Positions 51,626-60,402 of a DNA stretch of 64,000 bases are shown in pieces; within the stretch, counting starts at the first letter, position 1; each line of letters starts with the position of its first letter. The position numbers and the translations under genes were made by a program. The DNA comes from Bacteroidaceae bacterium (GTDB lineage Bacteria > Bacteroidota > Bacteroidia > Bacteroidales > Bacteroidaceae): the NCBI GenBank assembly GCA_045629085.1, contig JAZQQO010000034.1:20983-84982 (forward strand), in the 5' to 3' direction. The notes under the pieces were generated by a model, which saw nothing but the letters and a program-made list of their open reading frames with translations, ran no database searches and was not told the origin of the DNA.

Positions 51626-54541
51626 ATGTCAAAGAAGTTTTCTATTTTCTTGGCCATGCTTGTGTGCGTAATTGTCGCGTACGCCATTCCTGCAGCCAAT
51701 GTCACACTAACACATACCCAGAAGGACGGCACTGTGCTCACCCTCCGACTGGTCGGTGACGAGCACATGCACTACTACCTTAATGTAGCTACAGGCCAAG
51801 CTATGCGCAAGGGTGCTGACGGTGATTTTGTGGTGATATCAAGTGCCGAGTTATCAGCCAAGGCAGAGCAGGCAGCGGTACGCAGAGCCAATGTCAACCG
51901 CCAGCGTGTGGCTCGTCTGCCTTTGGCAAAGCAGCAGGCAAGGGAAGGCATGCGCAAGATAGGTACGATTGACAAGAACCTGTCGGGCAACAAGAGCGTG
52001 CTTGTGCTGCTCGTGGCATTCAGTGATAAGACTTTCACGGGTTCTCAGTCAGACTTCGACAACCAGTTCAATCAGCAGAACTACAGTGCTAATAGCCACA
52101 TCGGTTCGGTACACGACTATTTCTACGACCAGAGTTATGGCGCTCTCAACCTCTCGTTTGATGTCTATGGCCCCATCACATTGAGTAACACCATGGAGTA
52201 TTATGGTGCCAATGATGCTAATGGTGATGATGTTCGTCCACGTCAGATGGTGAAGGAAGCAGTACAAAAAGCGAATACTTCATACGATATTGATTTCACG
52301 AAATACGATTGGGACAACGATGGCAAGGTTGACCAGGTGGTTGTCATCTATGCTGGTTATGCAGAGTCGCAGGGTGCTCCTGCTAACACCATCTGGCCCC
52401 ACCAGTGGGAATTATCGGGTATTGGTACTTTGTCGGGCACTACGTATGATAATAAGACCATCAACAGTTACGCCTGCCTTTCGGAGTTGAAAGGTAAGAC
52501 TGGCAGCACCCGCGATGGTATCGGTACTTTCTGCCACGAGTTCAGCCACTGTCTCGGTTTGCCCGACTTCTACGACACCAACTATTCCACCGATGGCACA
52601 GCCAACGACATGTCGTACTTCGATGTGATGGCAGCAGGTTCATACAATGGTTCGAACAACGCTGTGCCTTGTGGCTACACGGCCTACGAGCGTTGGCAGT
52701 TCGGATGGGTGACACCTACCGAACTCAGCGAGGCTGCCACCATTACGGGTATGAAGCCTTTGAACGATGCAAATCCCGATACCTACGTCATCTACAACAA
52801 GAGGAACAACAACGAGTACTTCCTGTTGGAGAACCGTCAGAGCAATCGTTGGTTCAAGTACAGCAGCACCTATACGGCTGGTCATGGTCTCTTCATCACC
52901 CACTGCAACTATGTAAGCAGTTACTGGACAAACAATACCATCAATGCCACTGCAGGCAACGAGCATTTCGTCTACGTTCCCGCCAACAGTACATATGGAA
53001 CATCGTCAACAAATATGCAGAATGCCTTCTTCCCTGCAGGTGCTACATCGTTTACCGATGACACACATGCCTCTTGTGGTGGTGCCCTTTGGACCAACAA
53101 CAGCGATGGCACGAAGAAGCTTGGTGTACCCATCACCGATATTGCCGAAAGCAATGGCTTAATCTCCTTCGATGTCTTGGGTGGTATGCACGATGATGGT
53201 TCTCGCTACACCGTGACCCTCGATGCATGTGGCGGTAGCGTCAGCCAAACTTCATGGACGCAAACCACTTACAAGCAGTCGTGGTCGCTGCCAGAGCCAA
53301 CCACCACCGTTGTTGGATGGGAAGGTACAGGATGGTCGCTTACTAAAATTGACAGCAATACACCTTTGGATGATGTGGAATTGATTGATTTTGGTTCTAG
53401 TAAACCATACACTCCAGAGAGCGATGTCACCCTGTATGCTGTTTACTACAACGAGGACTTCATTTGCAACAGTTATCCCGTCAACACCCACTACACCGTC
53501 ACCTTCGATGCAGGTGCTGGAACATGCGCTACTACCAGCTGGACACAGACTGACCAGCAGCAGAAGACTACCCTTCCCACTGCAACCATCAGCCTCGACG
53601 GATGGTCATTCGCAGGTTGGGCTACAACAAGTGCTACTGAGACATTAGCCAAGCCTTCTCTCCTTGCTGCAGGTGCTGACTATACCCCCGCTGCTGACGT
53701 TACGCTCTATGCCGTATACAAAAAGAGCACAGGCGGTAATGGCAAGATCTCTTCCGTAGATGAGATTACCGATGGCGACCAATATGTATTCGTAATCTCG
53801 GATGGCACCACATCATACGCCGTTCAGCAGGATGCAAGCAACAACTTCGTTTCATTTACTGAGTCTGACGAGTTCGCTTCCTCTATCATCTGGACGGCTG
53901 CAACTGCAACAAATGGTTTCTCATTCAAGTGCAACAGCAAGTATCTCTACAATAGCGGCGACAACACAACCATCAATGCTGCCAGTGCAACTGCTACTGA
54001 TTGGGTATTCACCTCACTTGGAAACAACCTGTTCAAGATGCAGAGAGCCAACACCTCTGGCCGCTATATGGGTTGGAGTGGTTCTAAGTTTGCAGCGTAT
54101 GCTAATAACAACTTCGTAAATCAGGTTGCGACATCTGCCACTTTAGCACAATATGCCGGTGCGCTTTATATTTATAAAATAGGTGGCAGTACCACCTACA
54201 ACTCCAACCCACAGCCCGAAGTGACTCCCGATCCCGAACCCGGTGACGGTGGTGACGACGATGCAGATGATGATCCTGTTGTCCCAGTAGAACCAGGCAC
54301 CACCGCCCTCTACTTCCCCCACATCGCCAAGTTGGGGCAACCCTTCACCGCACCAGCCTTCAACACCAACAGCGATGGAGCACAGACATGGGCCAGCAGC
54401 AACACCGATGTTGCCGATGTGGACGACAAAGGCCACGTGACCATCAAAGCCGTGGGTACCACCATCATCACGGTTACCCAGGCAGAGACAGCCACCTACA
54501 AGCAAGGCACTGCCAGCTACATGATCAAAGTAGTGGAGTAA
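51626..54541 (+). CDS. Secreted M6-family (immune inhibitor A-like) zinc metalloprotease with Flg_new repeats and a C-terminal Big_2-like domain
   Basis: 971 aa with a signal peptide and the HEFSHCLGLPDFYD zinc motif. Two Listeria-Bacteroides repeats end ...TLYAVYY and ...TLYAVYKK. The Big_2-like end is ...TNSDGAQTWASSNTDVADVDDKGHVTIKAVGTTIITV. No T9SS tail was recognised. Confidence 0.8.
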   Translation: MSKKFSIFLAMLVCVIVAYAIPAANVTLTHTQKDGTVLTLRLVGDEHMHYYLNVATGQAMRKGADGDFVVISSAELSAKAEQAAVRRANVNRQRVARLPLAKQQAREGMRKIGTIDKNLSGNKSVLVLLVAFSDKTFTGSQSDFDNQFNQQNYSANSHIGSVHDYFYDQSYGALNLSFDVYGPITLSNTMEYYGANDANGDDVRPRQMVKEAVQKANTSYDIDFTKYDWDNDGKVDQVVVIYAGYAESQGAPANTIWPHQWELSGIGTLSGTTYDNKTINSYACLSELKGKTGSTRDGIGTFCHEFSHCLGLPDFYDTNYSTDGTANDMSYFDVMAAGSYNGSNNAVPCGYTAYERWQFGWVTPTELSEAATITGMKPLNDANPDTYVIYNKRNNNEYFLLENRQSNRWFKYSSTYTAGHGLFITHCNYVSSYWTNNTINATAGNEHFVYVPANSTYGTSSTNMQNAFFPAGATSFTDDTHASCGGALWTNNSDGTKKLGVPITDIAESNGLISFDVLGGMHDDGSRYTVTLDACGGSVSQTSWTQTTYKQSWSLPEPTTTVVGWEGTGWSLTKIDSNTPLDDVELIDFGSSKPYTPESDVTLYAVYYNEDFICNSYPVNTHYTVTFDAGAGTCATTSWTQTDQQQKTTLPTATISLDGWSFAGWATTSATETLAKPSLLAAGADYTPAADVTLYAVYKKSTGGNGKISSVDEITDGDQYVFVISDGTTSYAVQQDASNNFVSFTESDEFASSIIWTAATATNGFSFKCNSKYLYNSGDNTTINAASATATDWVFTSLGNNLFKMQRANTSGRYMGWSGSKFAAYANNNFVNQVATSATLAQYAGALYIYKIGGSTTYNSNPQPEVTPDPEPGDGGDDDADDDPVVPVEPGTTALYFPHIAKLGQPFTAPAFNTNSDGAQTWASSNTDVADVDDKGHVTIKAVGTTIITVTQAETATYKQGTASYMIKVVE

Positions 54542-54574
54542 AGATTAACGATATACATACCAAGAACATACACC

Positions 54575-55942
54575 ATGCCACTTACCCCTGAGCAAATAGC
54601 CAAGATACGCAAGAAGCAGCAGGAAACGCCTGATGCCTTGAAGCGTAATCCGCTCAATGACTACATTGAGGGGTGGTTTCATGTGACGCTCAACGTGCAT
54701 GGCGAATCCCCCGTATTGGGCTACATAGCAGGCGATGCCGATGCACCCGATGACAGTGCGAATGCACCTCGCTGCGTACTGACGGAACTGGGGGAGAAGG
54801 TAGAGGCAGAATGGCGAGGAATAGGAAGATATTATCCCGAATGTATATGCGAAGAGATGCAGGTGATGCCTGAGCATATCCATGCACTGATGCATCTTCT
54901 GCCTACTAACAATGCGCATCTTGGGCGCATAATCAACGGCTTGATGATTGGCTGTACCCATGCCTATTGGGACATGCTGGGCATACCATGGCGAGAAATG
55001 CGGCAGCAAATAGACGAAGCGCTTAAGCGTCTAAATAGCGGTACCCCCGACCAAACGTCCACCAAGGAGCTGGAGAAAGCGCTGCGGGCGCAGTGGCAGG
55101 ACCGCGACCATACGCACTCTTTCCGTGGCCCCTCGCTCCTCGTCCATGGCTACAACGATGTGGAGGCGATAGATGATGAGGAGATAGAGATCAAGCGGCA
55201 GTATATCCGCAACAACCCACGCAAGCGCCTGATAAAGCGTGACAAGCCCGATTGCTTCCGCATCCATCGCAACAAGAAGAGCACCAACTGGACGCCCGAG
55301 CGCATCATGCAGGGCCTTTGTGCTGACCGCTTCATCGCTGCCAACCGCAGCAAGCAGGAGGAGGCATGGCAACAGATGACCGTCAAAGGCATCAGCAACA
55401 ACCGAGGAAGGGTGAGCGCTACGCTCCATTTCCAGGACGATCGTCCCGTTCTCGACCTTGTGGGCAATCATGAGTTGCTGAACCGTCCACTCTTCCCGCT
55501 CATCTGCCATCGTGCCGACGCCCATCTCTTCGAGCAGCAGAAAGAACAGGTGCTGAAGGCAGCAAGAGAACAAGGCGGCGTTATCGTTACCGCTTGTGTC
55601 AGCCCTAAGGAACGTACCATCGTGAAACTGCTGCAACAGGAACTGCTCCCGGTCATAGAGGTCATGGACAATGGTTTCAGCGACCGCTACAAACCCACTG
55701 GCAAGGCGTTCTATGCCGTGGCAGAAGGCCGCAGGCTGGAGGTCTCGCCCTGGGAATACGAATACCGCCGCCGCGAGTTGCAACCCGTGAAGGACGAACA
55801 AGGCAACCCCATCCTTGATGCCAGCGGCAAACCAGAGATGGAGGCAGTCCCCGACATCACTCGCGAGATGTGCATGGTCATGAACGAACTGGTACGCACG
55901 ATAGCGAGGAAAGAAGACGACTGGTGGAAGGACACCGTATAA
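54575..55942 (+). CDS. Fusion protein: N-terminal RAYT / IS200-like HUH Y1 domain and C-terminal DprA/SLOG-like Rossmann domain
   Basis: 455 aa. The N-terminal part has GWFHVTLNVHG, VMPEHIHALMHL (HUH) and RQYIRNNPRKR (Tyr + NP block). The C-terminal segment VGNHELLNRPLFPLICHR...AAREQGGVIVTACVSPKERT...VIEVMDNGFSDRYKP...GRRLEVSPWE is colinear with DprA (GN.ELL..P.iAIVGsR...G..iVSG.A.GiD...iaVl..G.d..YP...G.llSE). Confidence 0.6.
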   Translation: MPLTPEQIAKIRKKQQETPDALKRNPLNDYIEGWFHVTLNVHGESPVLGYIAGDADAPDDSANAPRCVLTELGEKVEAEWRGIGRYYPECICEEMQVMPEHIHALMHLLPTNNAHLGRIINGLMIGCTHAYWDMLGIPWREMRQQIDEALKRLNSGTPDQTSTKELEKALRAQWQDRDHTHSFRGPSLLVHGYNDVEAIDDEEIEIKRQYIRNNPRKRLIKRDKPDCFRIHRNKKSTNWTPERIMQGLCADRFIAANRSKQEEAWQQMTVKGISNNRGRVSATLHFQDDRPVLDLVGNHELLNRPLFPLICHRADAHLFEQQKEQVLKAAREQGGVIVTACVSPKERTIVKLLQQELLPVIEVMDNGFSDRYKPTGKAFYAVAEGRRLEVSPWEYEYRRRELQPVKDEQGNPILDASGKPEMEAVPDITREMCMVMNELVRTIARKEDDWWKDTV

Positions 55943-56026
55943 TGTCGATAACCACTCATCGTAGTGCATCGTCATCCTACAGAAACATATCGAAACAATA
56001 TATTTTATTAATTAAAACAAATTATT

Positions 56027-59000
56027 ATGAAACAAAAATTATTAAAAACATGGCTCATGCTATGTCTACTGCTCGTGGGAGCAGGGACGAGCAGGGCGGA
56101 GGAGGTGACAGCCTTCAATTGGTCAAGTATGGGTAATACCAACACTATTACCAGTGGCTATACTACTACTAGTTTGGGCGCATCGGCAAAAGATGGTTAT
56201 TACCAGGATAATTCAACAAACGTCTCTCTGACAGGTTACAATAAAACTACTCCTATGTTTACTTCTACTCCAAATAAGGTTACTATAGAAGTAAAATTAG
56301 GTGGTGGTACTGCAAAGAAACAACTTGCTAATGCTGTATATGCGCAGTTTGTTGATCAACGTGGCGATGTTATCGGCAATGCTATAGAAATTACAAGTTA
56401 TATTACAACCGCAGCGGGTGATGTCTATACAAAAGAAATGAATCTTACAGGCATTACAACTGCATATGGAATAAAAATAACGCACACAAAAGAGGATGGA
56501 TACAATGTTCGCTACTATAATTTATCCTTAAAATATACGACTTCAGGTGGTGGCTCAACTCCTACTACTCCCATTGATGCCTCATGGTCAGTGTCTCCAG
56601 AAAATGTTTCTGTAATGGCACGTAGGACAGCCACTGTGGCAATTACCACCAACTATGACGGAACTCTTTCTGTGTCATCTGAGAATTCTGGTGTAGCAAT
56701 AGCTACTATCAGCGGTAAAGTAATAACTGTTACCGGTGTTGCAGAAGGTTCCACAACCCTTACTGTAACTGGCGATGCAACTTCTTTTTACAATGCTATT
56801 AGCAAGACTATTAATGTGGCAGTTTCAGCGCGCCCTGCCAATGAAATCTTCTACGAGTCATTCGATACTAACACCGGCACTGGTGGCAATGACAATCTAT
56901 GGAGTGGCATCAATACTGGCTCCACACCCAAAATCGATAACACAGGCTGGATATTTACTAAAGCTTATGGTGCTAATCAATGTGCAAGATTCGGAACAGG
57001 ATCTGATTTAGGCAAAGCTATTACCCCAGATCTTGCTTACAGAGGCACTGCCAAACTCACCTTCAAGGCAGCCGCATGGGATGGCTCAAGCGAAAAAACA
57101 ACTCTCAAACTGTCAGTCAATCAAGGAACAATTTCCCCGGCAACAGTCACTTTGAAAAAAGGTGAATGGACAACCTACGAGGTAACACTTGAGAATAACA
57201 CACAATTTGATCAAAAGATAACATTTGAAGGGAACAGCACATCCAACAGCCGCTTCTTCCTTGATGAAGTCTCTGTAATCAAAACCGGCGAGGCCAAGAC
57301 ACTCGACCACATCAACGTAACAGGTGCCAAGACACTCTACAAGGTTGGTGAGACATTCTCGACCGATGGTATGACGGTTACGGCATATTATGATGCAGAG
57401 GAAAACGACAGCAAGACAATCAGCACAGGTTATACCGTAAGTAAGACAGAAGCACTCACTGCCGAAGACAACACAATCACCATCTCGTACACAGAGGGTG
57501 AGGTAACTAAGACGGCAGACGTAGCCATCAATGTGGTGGCCCTCGAGAACATTGCTATTACCACCGCTCCCACCAACACTAGCTACACCGAAGGTCAGGA
57601 CTTCGACAAGACGGACATGGTAGTAACTGCAACATGGGGTACAACGGCTCCCAACATTATTGAGGAGCCAATCGAGGATTACAACGTAATCGATGGAACT
57701 GGCCTTGCAGCCGACCAGACCAGCGTGACAATTTCTTACGACGGCAAGGAAACAACTCAGGCAATCACCGTCACCGCTTTGCCTCGCTATACTCTTCACA
57801 TCACCCCCACCACGGATGGGACTGTGTACACCGTCAAGGCTGGTGACCAAGTATTGAGCGAGGGTGCTCAGATTCTTTATGGCACCAATTTGACTTGCGA
57901 GTGCGATGAGAGCACCGTACCTGAGGGATACTACTTCAGCCGCTTCTACATTGACTTTGGTGGCGACAAGGAACGTTATATGAGTTCTAACCCCGCTACA
58001 TTTACCACCCAGATTCCCACAGAAGGCTTCACCGAGCTTACCGTTCGTTGCAGCATTCTCGAGCAGAAGCGTTATACTGTTCACTTTGATGCACAAGCTG
58101 GTTATGTTAAGCCCAAGCTCCTTACCGAAACGGCATTCCAGAGCGGTGTGGTACTGCCTGAAGCAACTTGTGAAAACGCCCTTTGGCAATTCGCTGGTTG
58201 GGCAGCAGAGGCAACGGCCGAGACAAATACTGCTCCCGAACTTTATAAGGCAGGAGATACATACAAGCCTACAGAATCCACAAAACTCTATGCGGTGTAC
58301 AAGCAGGGGACCGAGAGCGGTGAGACCGCATTCAACCGCGTGACCGACATCAGCAAACTGACCGACGGGAAGAAGGTGGTTGTTGTAAGTAATGCAACAG
58401 ACAAGGCTTTAACGTTGTCTGCTGGCGATGATAATCAGTACACAGATGCGAACACCATATCTATGTCTGATCCTAAGAAAATTTGGACGTTAACAAAAAG
58501 CGATAATGAATACACATTTATAGACAATCAATCTACTCCAAAAACCATGGCAACAAATGGTGTTCCTGGCGCAGGAGCAAACATGACATACATTGGAGCA
58601 AAAGGTAGCACAAGAACCTACACAACATGGATTATTTCGGAATCAAGCGTTGAAGATTGTTGGGTAATTACTAATAAAGTTGAAAAGAATGAAACTACTT
58701 TAACAAATTCTGCATTAACGGTTGGTACTAATACAAGCGGAAATACACAATGGGGAGCTATAAATTTTGACGACAGTAATGGTCCTCGTGACGCGTCTGT
58801 TTTCGCCATGCGCATCTACGTTGAAGGTCCTGCGACCTCTATCACCTACAACTCTAACCCCGAGTTCACTCTGTTGGCATTCGACGAGGCAAACACCGCC
58901 ATTACCGGCGAGAACAAGAGTTATAACCGTGTGACCGTAACCCGTGCACTCAAGGCTGACACTTGGAACAGCTTCTGCGTTCCCTTCGACATGAGTGAAG

Positions 59001-59578
59001 AGCAGATTGAAGATAACTTTGGCGCTGGTGCCCAGTTTAAGCAGCTGGATAACATCAGCTTGAAGAACGGCGAGAACCTCTACCTCACTTTCACCGACGC
59101 AGCAACCATCGAGTGCGGTAAGCCCTATCTGATTCGCGTCAGCGAGGCTATACCCGAGATTGTGGTTCACAACACATCTGTTAACATCGCTGAGCCCACA
59201 GCTGTGGCACCAACCTGCCAGAACGATGACAAGAGCACTACATACACTGTATCCTTCCAGGGCAACTACACAAAGATGAGCGTTCCCATGGATAGCTACA
59301 TCATCAGCAGCGATAAGTTCTATCACGTGGACTCAGACCTCACTATGAAGGGCTTCCGCGGCTACTTCACAACTACGGCTACCGACAACAGCGGCAACGA
59401 GGCCAAAGCACTTGGCCTGACCATCGGATTCGAGGATCCCGCCACGGCTGTAGAGAACGTGATCGTAGGAGGACTGGATGACGATGCTCGTATCTATGAC
59501 ATGCAGGGACGTGTGGTAACTCGTATGCAGAAGAACCACATCTACATCAAGAACGGCCGTAAATTCCTCGCAAAGTAA
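56027..59578 (+). CDS. Large T9SS-sorted surface protein (1183 aa) with Ig-like (Big_2/Big_3-type) domains and a Flg_new repeat
   Basis: Signal peptide, then Big_2-like SVSPENVSVMARRTATVAITTNYDGTLSVSSENSGVAIATISGKVITVTGVAEGSTTLTV and repeated Ig-like segments (LDHINVTGAKTLYKVGETF...). The Flg_new-type repeat ends ...KLYAVYKQ. The tail is ARIYDMQGRVVTRMQKNHIYIKNGRKFLAK. Confidence 0.8.
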   Translation: MKQKLLKTWLMLCLLLVGAGTSRAEEVTAFNWSSMGNTNTITSGYTTTSLGASAKDGYYQDNSTNVSLTGYNKTTPMFTSTPNKVTIEVKLGGGTAKKQLANAVYAQFVDQRGDVIGNAIEITSYITTAAGDVYTKEMNLTGITTAYGIKITHTKEDGYNVRYYNLSLKYTTSGGGSTPTTPIDASWSVSPENVSVMARRTATVAITTNYDGTLSVSSENSGVAIATISGKVITVTGVAEGSTTLTVTGDATSFYNAISKTINVAVSARPANEIFYESFDTNTGTGGNDNLWSGINTGSTPKIDNTGWIFTKAYGANQCARFGTGSDLGKAITPDLAYRGTAKLTFKAAAWDGSSEKTTLKLSVNQGTISPATVTLKKGEWTTYEVTLENNTQFDQKITFEGNSTSNSRFFLDEVSVIKTGEAKTLDHINVTGAKTLYKVGETFSTDGMTVTAYYDAEENDSKTISTGYTVSKTEALTAEDNTITISYTEGEVTKTADVAINVVALENIAITTAPTNTSYTEGQDFDKTDMVVTATWGTTAPNIIEEPIEDYNVIDGTGLAADQTSVTISYDGKETTQAITVTALPRYTLHITPTTDGTVYTVKAGDQVLSEGAQILYGTNLTCECDESTVPEGYYFSRFYIDFGGDKERYMSSNPATFTTQIPTEGFTELTVRCSILEQKRYTVHFDAQAGYVKPKLLTETAFQSGVVLPEATCENALWQFAGWAAEATAETNTAPELYKAGDTYKPTESTKLYAVYKQGTESGETAFNRVTDISKLTDGKKVVVVSNATDKALTLSAGDDNQYTDANTISMSDPKKIWTLTKSDNEYTFIDNQSTPKTMATNGVPGAGANMTYIGAKGSTRTYTTWIISESSVEDCWVITNKVEKNETTLTNSALTVGTNTSGNTQWGAINFDDSNGPRDASVFAMRIYVEGPATSITYNSNPEFTLLAFDEANTAITGENKSYNRVTVTRALKADTWNSFCVPFDMSEEQIEDNFGAGAQFKQLDNISLKNGENLYLTFTDAATIECGKPYLIRVSEAIPEIVVHNTSVNIAEPTAVAPTCQNDDKSTTYTVSFQGNYTKMSVPMDSYIISSDKFYHVDSDLTMKGFRGYFTTTATDNSGNEAKALGLTIGFEDPATAVENVIVGGLDDDARIYDMQGRVVTRMQKNHIYIKNGRKFLAK

Positions 59579-59604
59579 GTAACAATCCTAAAACACAGAC
59601 AACA

Positions 59605-59790
59605 ATGAAAAGAAAATATATTATACCCAACCTCAGAGCCGTGGAACTCGGTGCAGAGGAGATGCTACTCGATTTATCCAACAACCTTGGCATTGGTGAC
59701 GGAGGTGAAACCAAGGGCAAAGAAATCGAGGTCAATGTCAAGGAGCAAAACTCCTTTGGTGGCAAATCTCTTTGGGACAACGAATGGTAA
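59605..59790 (+). CDS. Small ORF (61 aa) closing the operon
   Basis: MKRKYIIPNLRAVELGAEEMLLDLSNNLGIGDGGETKGKEIEVNVKEQNSFGGKSLWDNEW. It lies 27 nt after the adhesin stop and is followed directly by a terminator. No family was recognised. Confidence 0.45.
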   Translation: MKRKYIIPNLRAVELGAEEMLLDLSNNLGIGDGGETKGKEIEVNVKEQNSFGGKSLWDNEW

Positions 59791-59794
59791 ATAC

Positions 59795-59834
59795 GCAGAA
59801 CCGCTGGGGCATAGCCTCGGCGGTTCGCTTTTTT
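59795..59834 (+). terminator. Rho-independent terminator of the M6/RAYT/adhesin operon
   Basis: Stem GCAGAACCGC / GCGGTTCGC (9 bp with one bulge) followed by TTTTTT. Confidence 0.75.
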
Positions 59835-59950
59835 ATGCACGATGTTGTGTTCCAAAAAATATTTTGAAAAAAGTGGTTTCAGTTTCAGCCTTTGGTGAGT
59901 ATGATAGGGTATGGTTCCATTTTTATTAATGGCTCACATGTCAAACGGAT

Positions 59951-60016
59951 GAATAACATGTGTAGGATAGTTGAATAACACGTGTGCGTGTATTGAACAC
60001 ACACGTGTGGCATCAA
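59951..60016 (+). repeat. Three direct repeats phased at 22 nt, each containing an ACAYGTGT palindrome
   Basis: The units begin gaataacatgtgt (59951), gaataacacgtgt (59973) and gaacacacacgtgt (59995). Confidence 0.75.
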
Positions 60017-60121
60017 CAACGCTCCTAGCATCCGCAAAAATATATCCCTAAGAGATACACAAAGAATTGGGCGGTACGTAAGATATTCAACTAAACACTT
60101 GGTGGATATCAAAAAAGTATG

Positions 60122-60129
60122 TATCTTTG
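60122..60129 (+). promoter_or_regulatory. Candidate -7 promoter box (TATCTTTG) for the toxin-antitoxin pair
   Basis: Matches TAnnTTTG, 24 nt upstream of the ATG at 60153. Confidence 0.45.
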
Positions 60130-60152
60130 CGAACAAATTAAAGAAAAATCGT

Positions 60153-60401
60153 ATGGATACAATGACTATGGATTGTAGGAAGATACAACTGGCTCAGTTT
60201 ATCCTCGGAATTACTGATTCAGCTTTGCTGAACCGCATTAGTAGCGTCATAGCCGACTTTAATCAGGTTGGCATTGACGAGCCATGTCATTACACGTTGC
60301 AAGAAGTGCAGGAAAGACTTCGTGCAAGTGAAGATTGTGCACTTGAAGGCGTAGGTGTCACACAGGAAGAGATTGAAACAGAATCCCTGAACTGGATTTG
60401 A
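60153..60401 (+). CDS. Putative antitoxin of the ParE-type module
   Basis: 82 aa, trimmed from ORF 60099 to MDTMTMDCRK... It ends 1 nt before the toxin ATG. No family motif was recognised, so the call rests on position. Confidence 0.5.
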   Translation: MDTMTMDCRKIQLAQFILGITDSALLNRISSVIADFNQVGIDEPCHYTLQEVQERLRASEDCALEGVGVTQEEIETESLNWI

Positions 60402-60402
60402 G

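Noticed and set aside
54575-55942. Interpreting the HUH-domain gene as an IS200/IS605 insertion sequence.
   Set aside because: There are no subterminal hairpins, no inverted repeats and no TnpB partner. The gene is packed into an operon without its own promoter or terminator, so it is treated as a domesticated or fusion gene rather than a mobile element.
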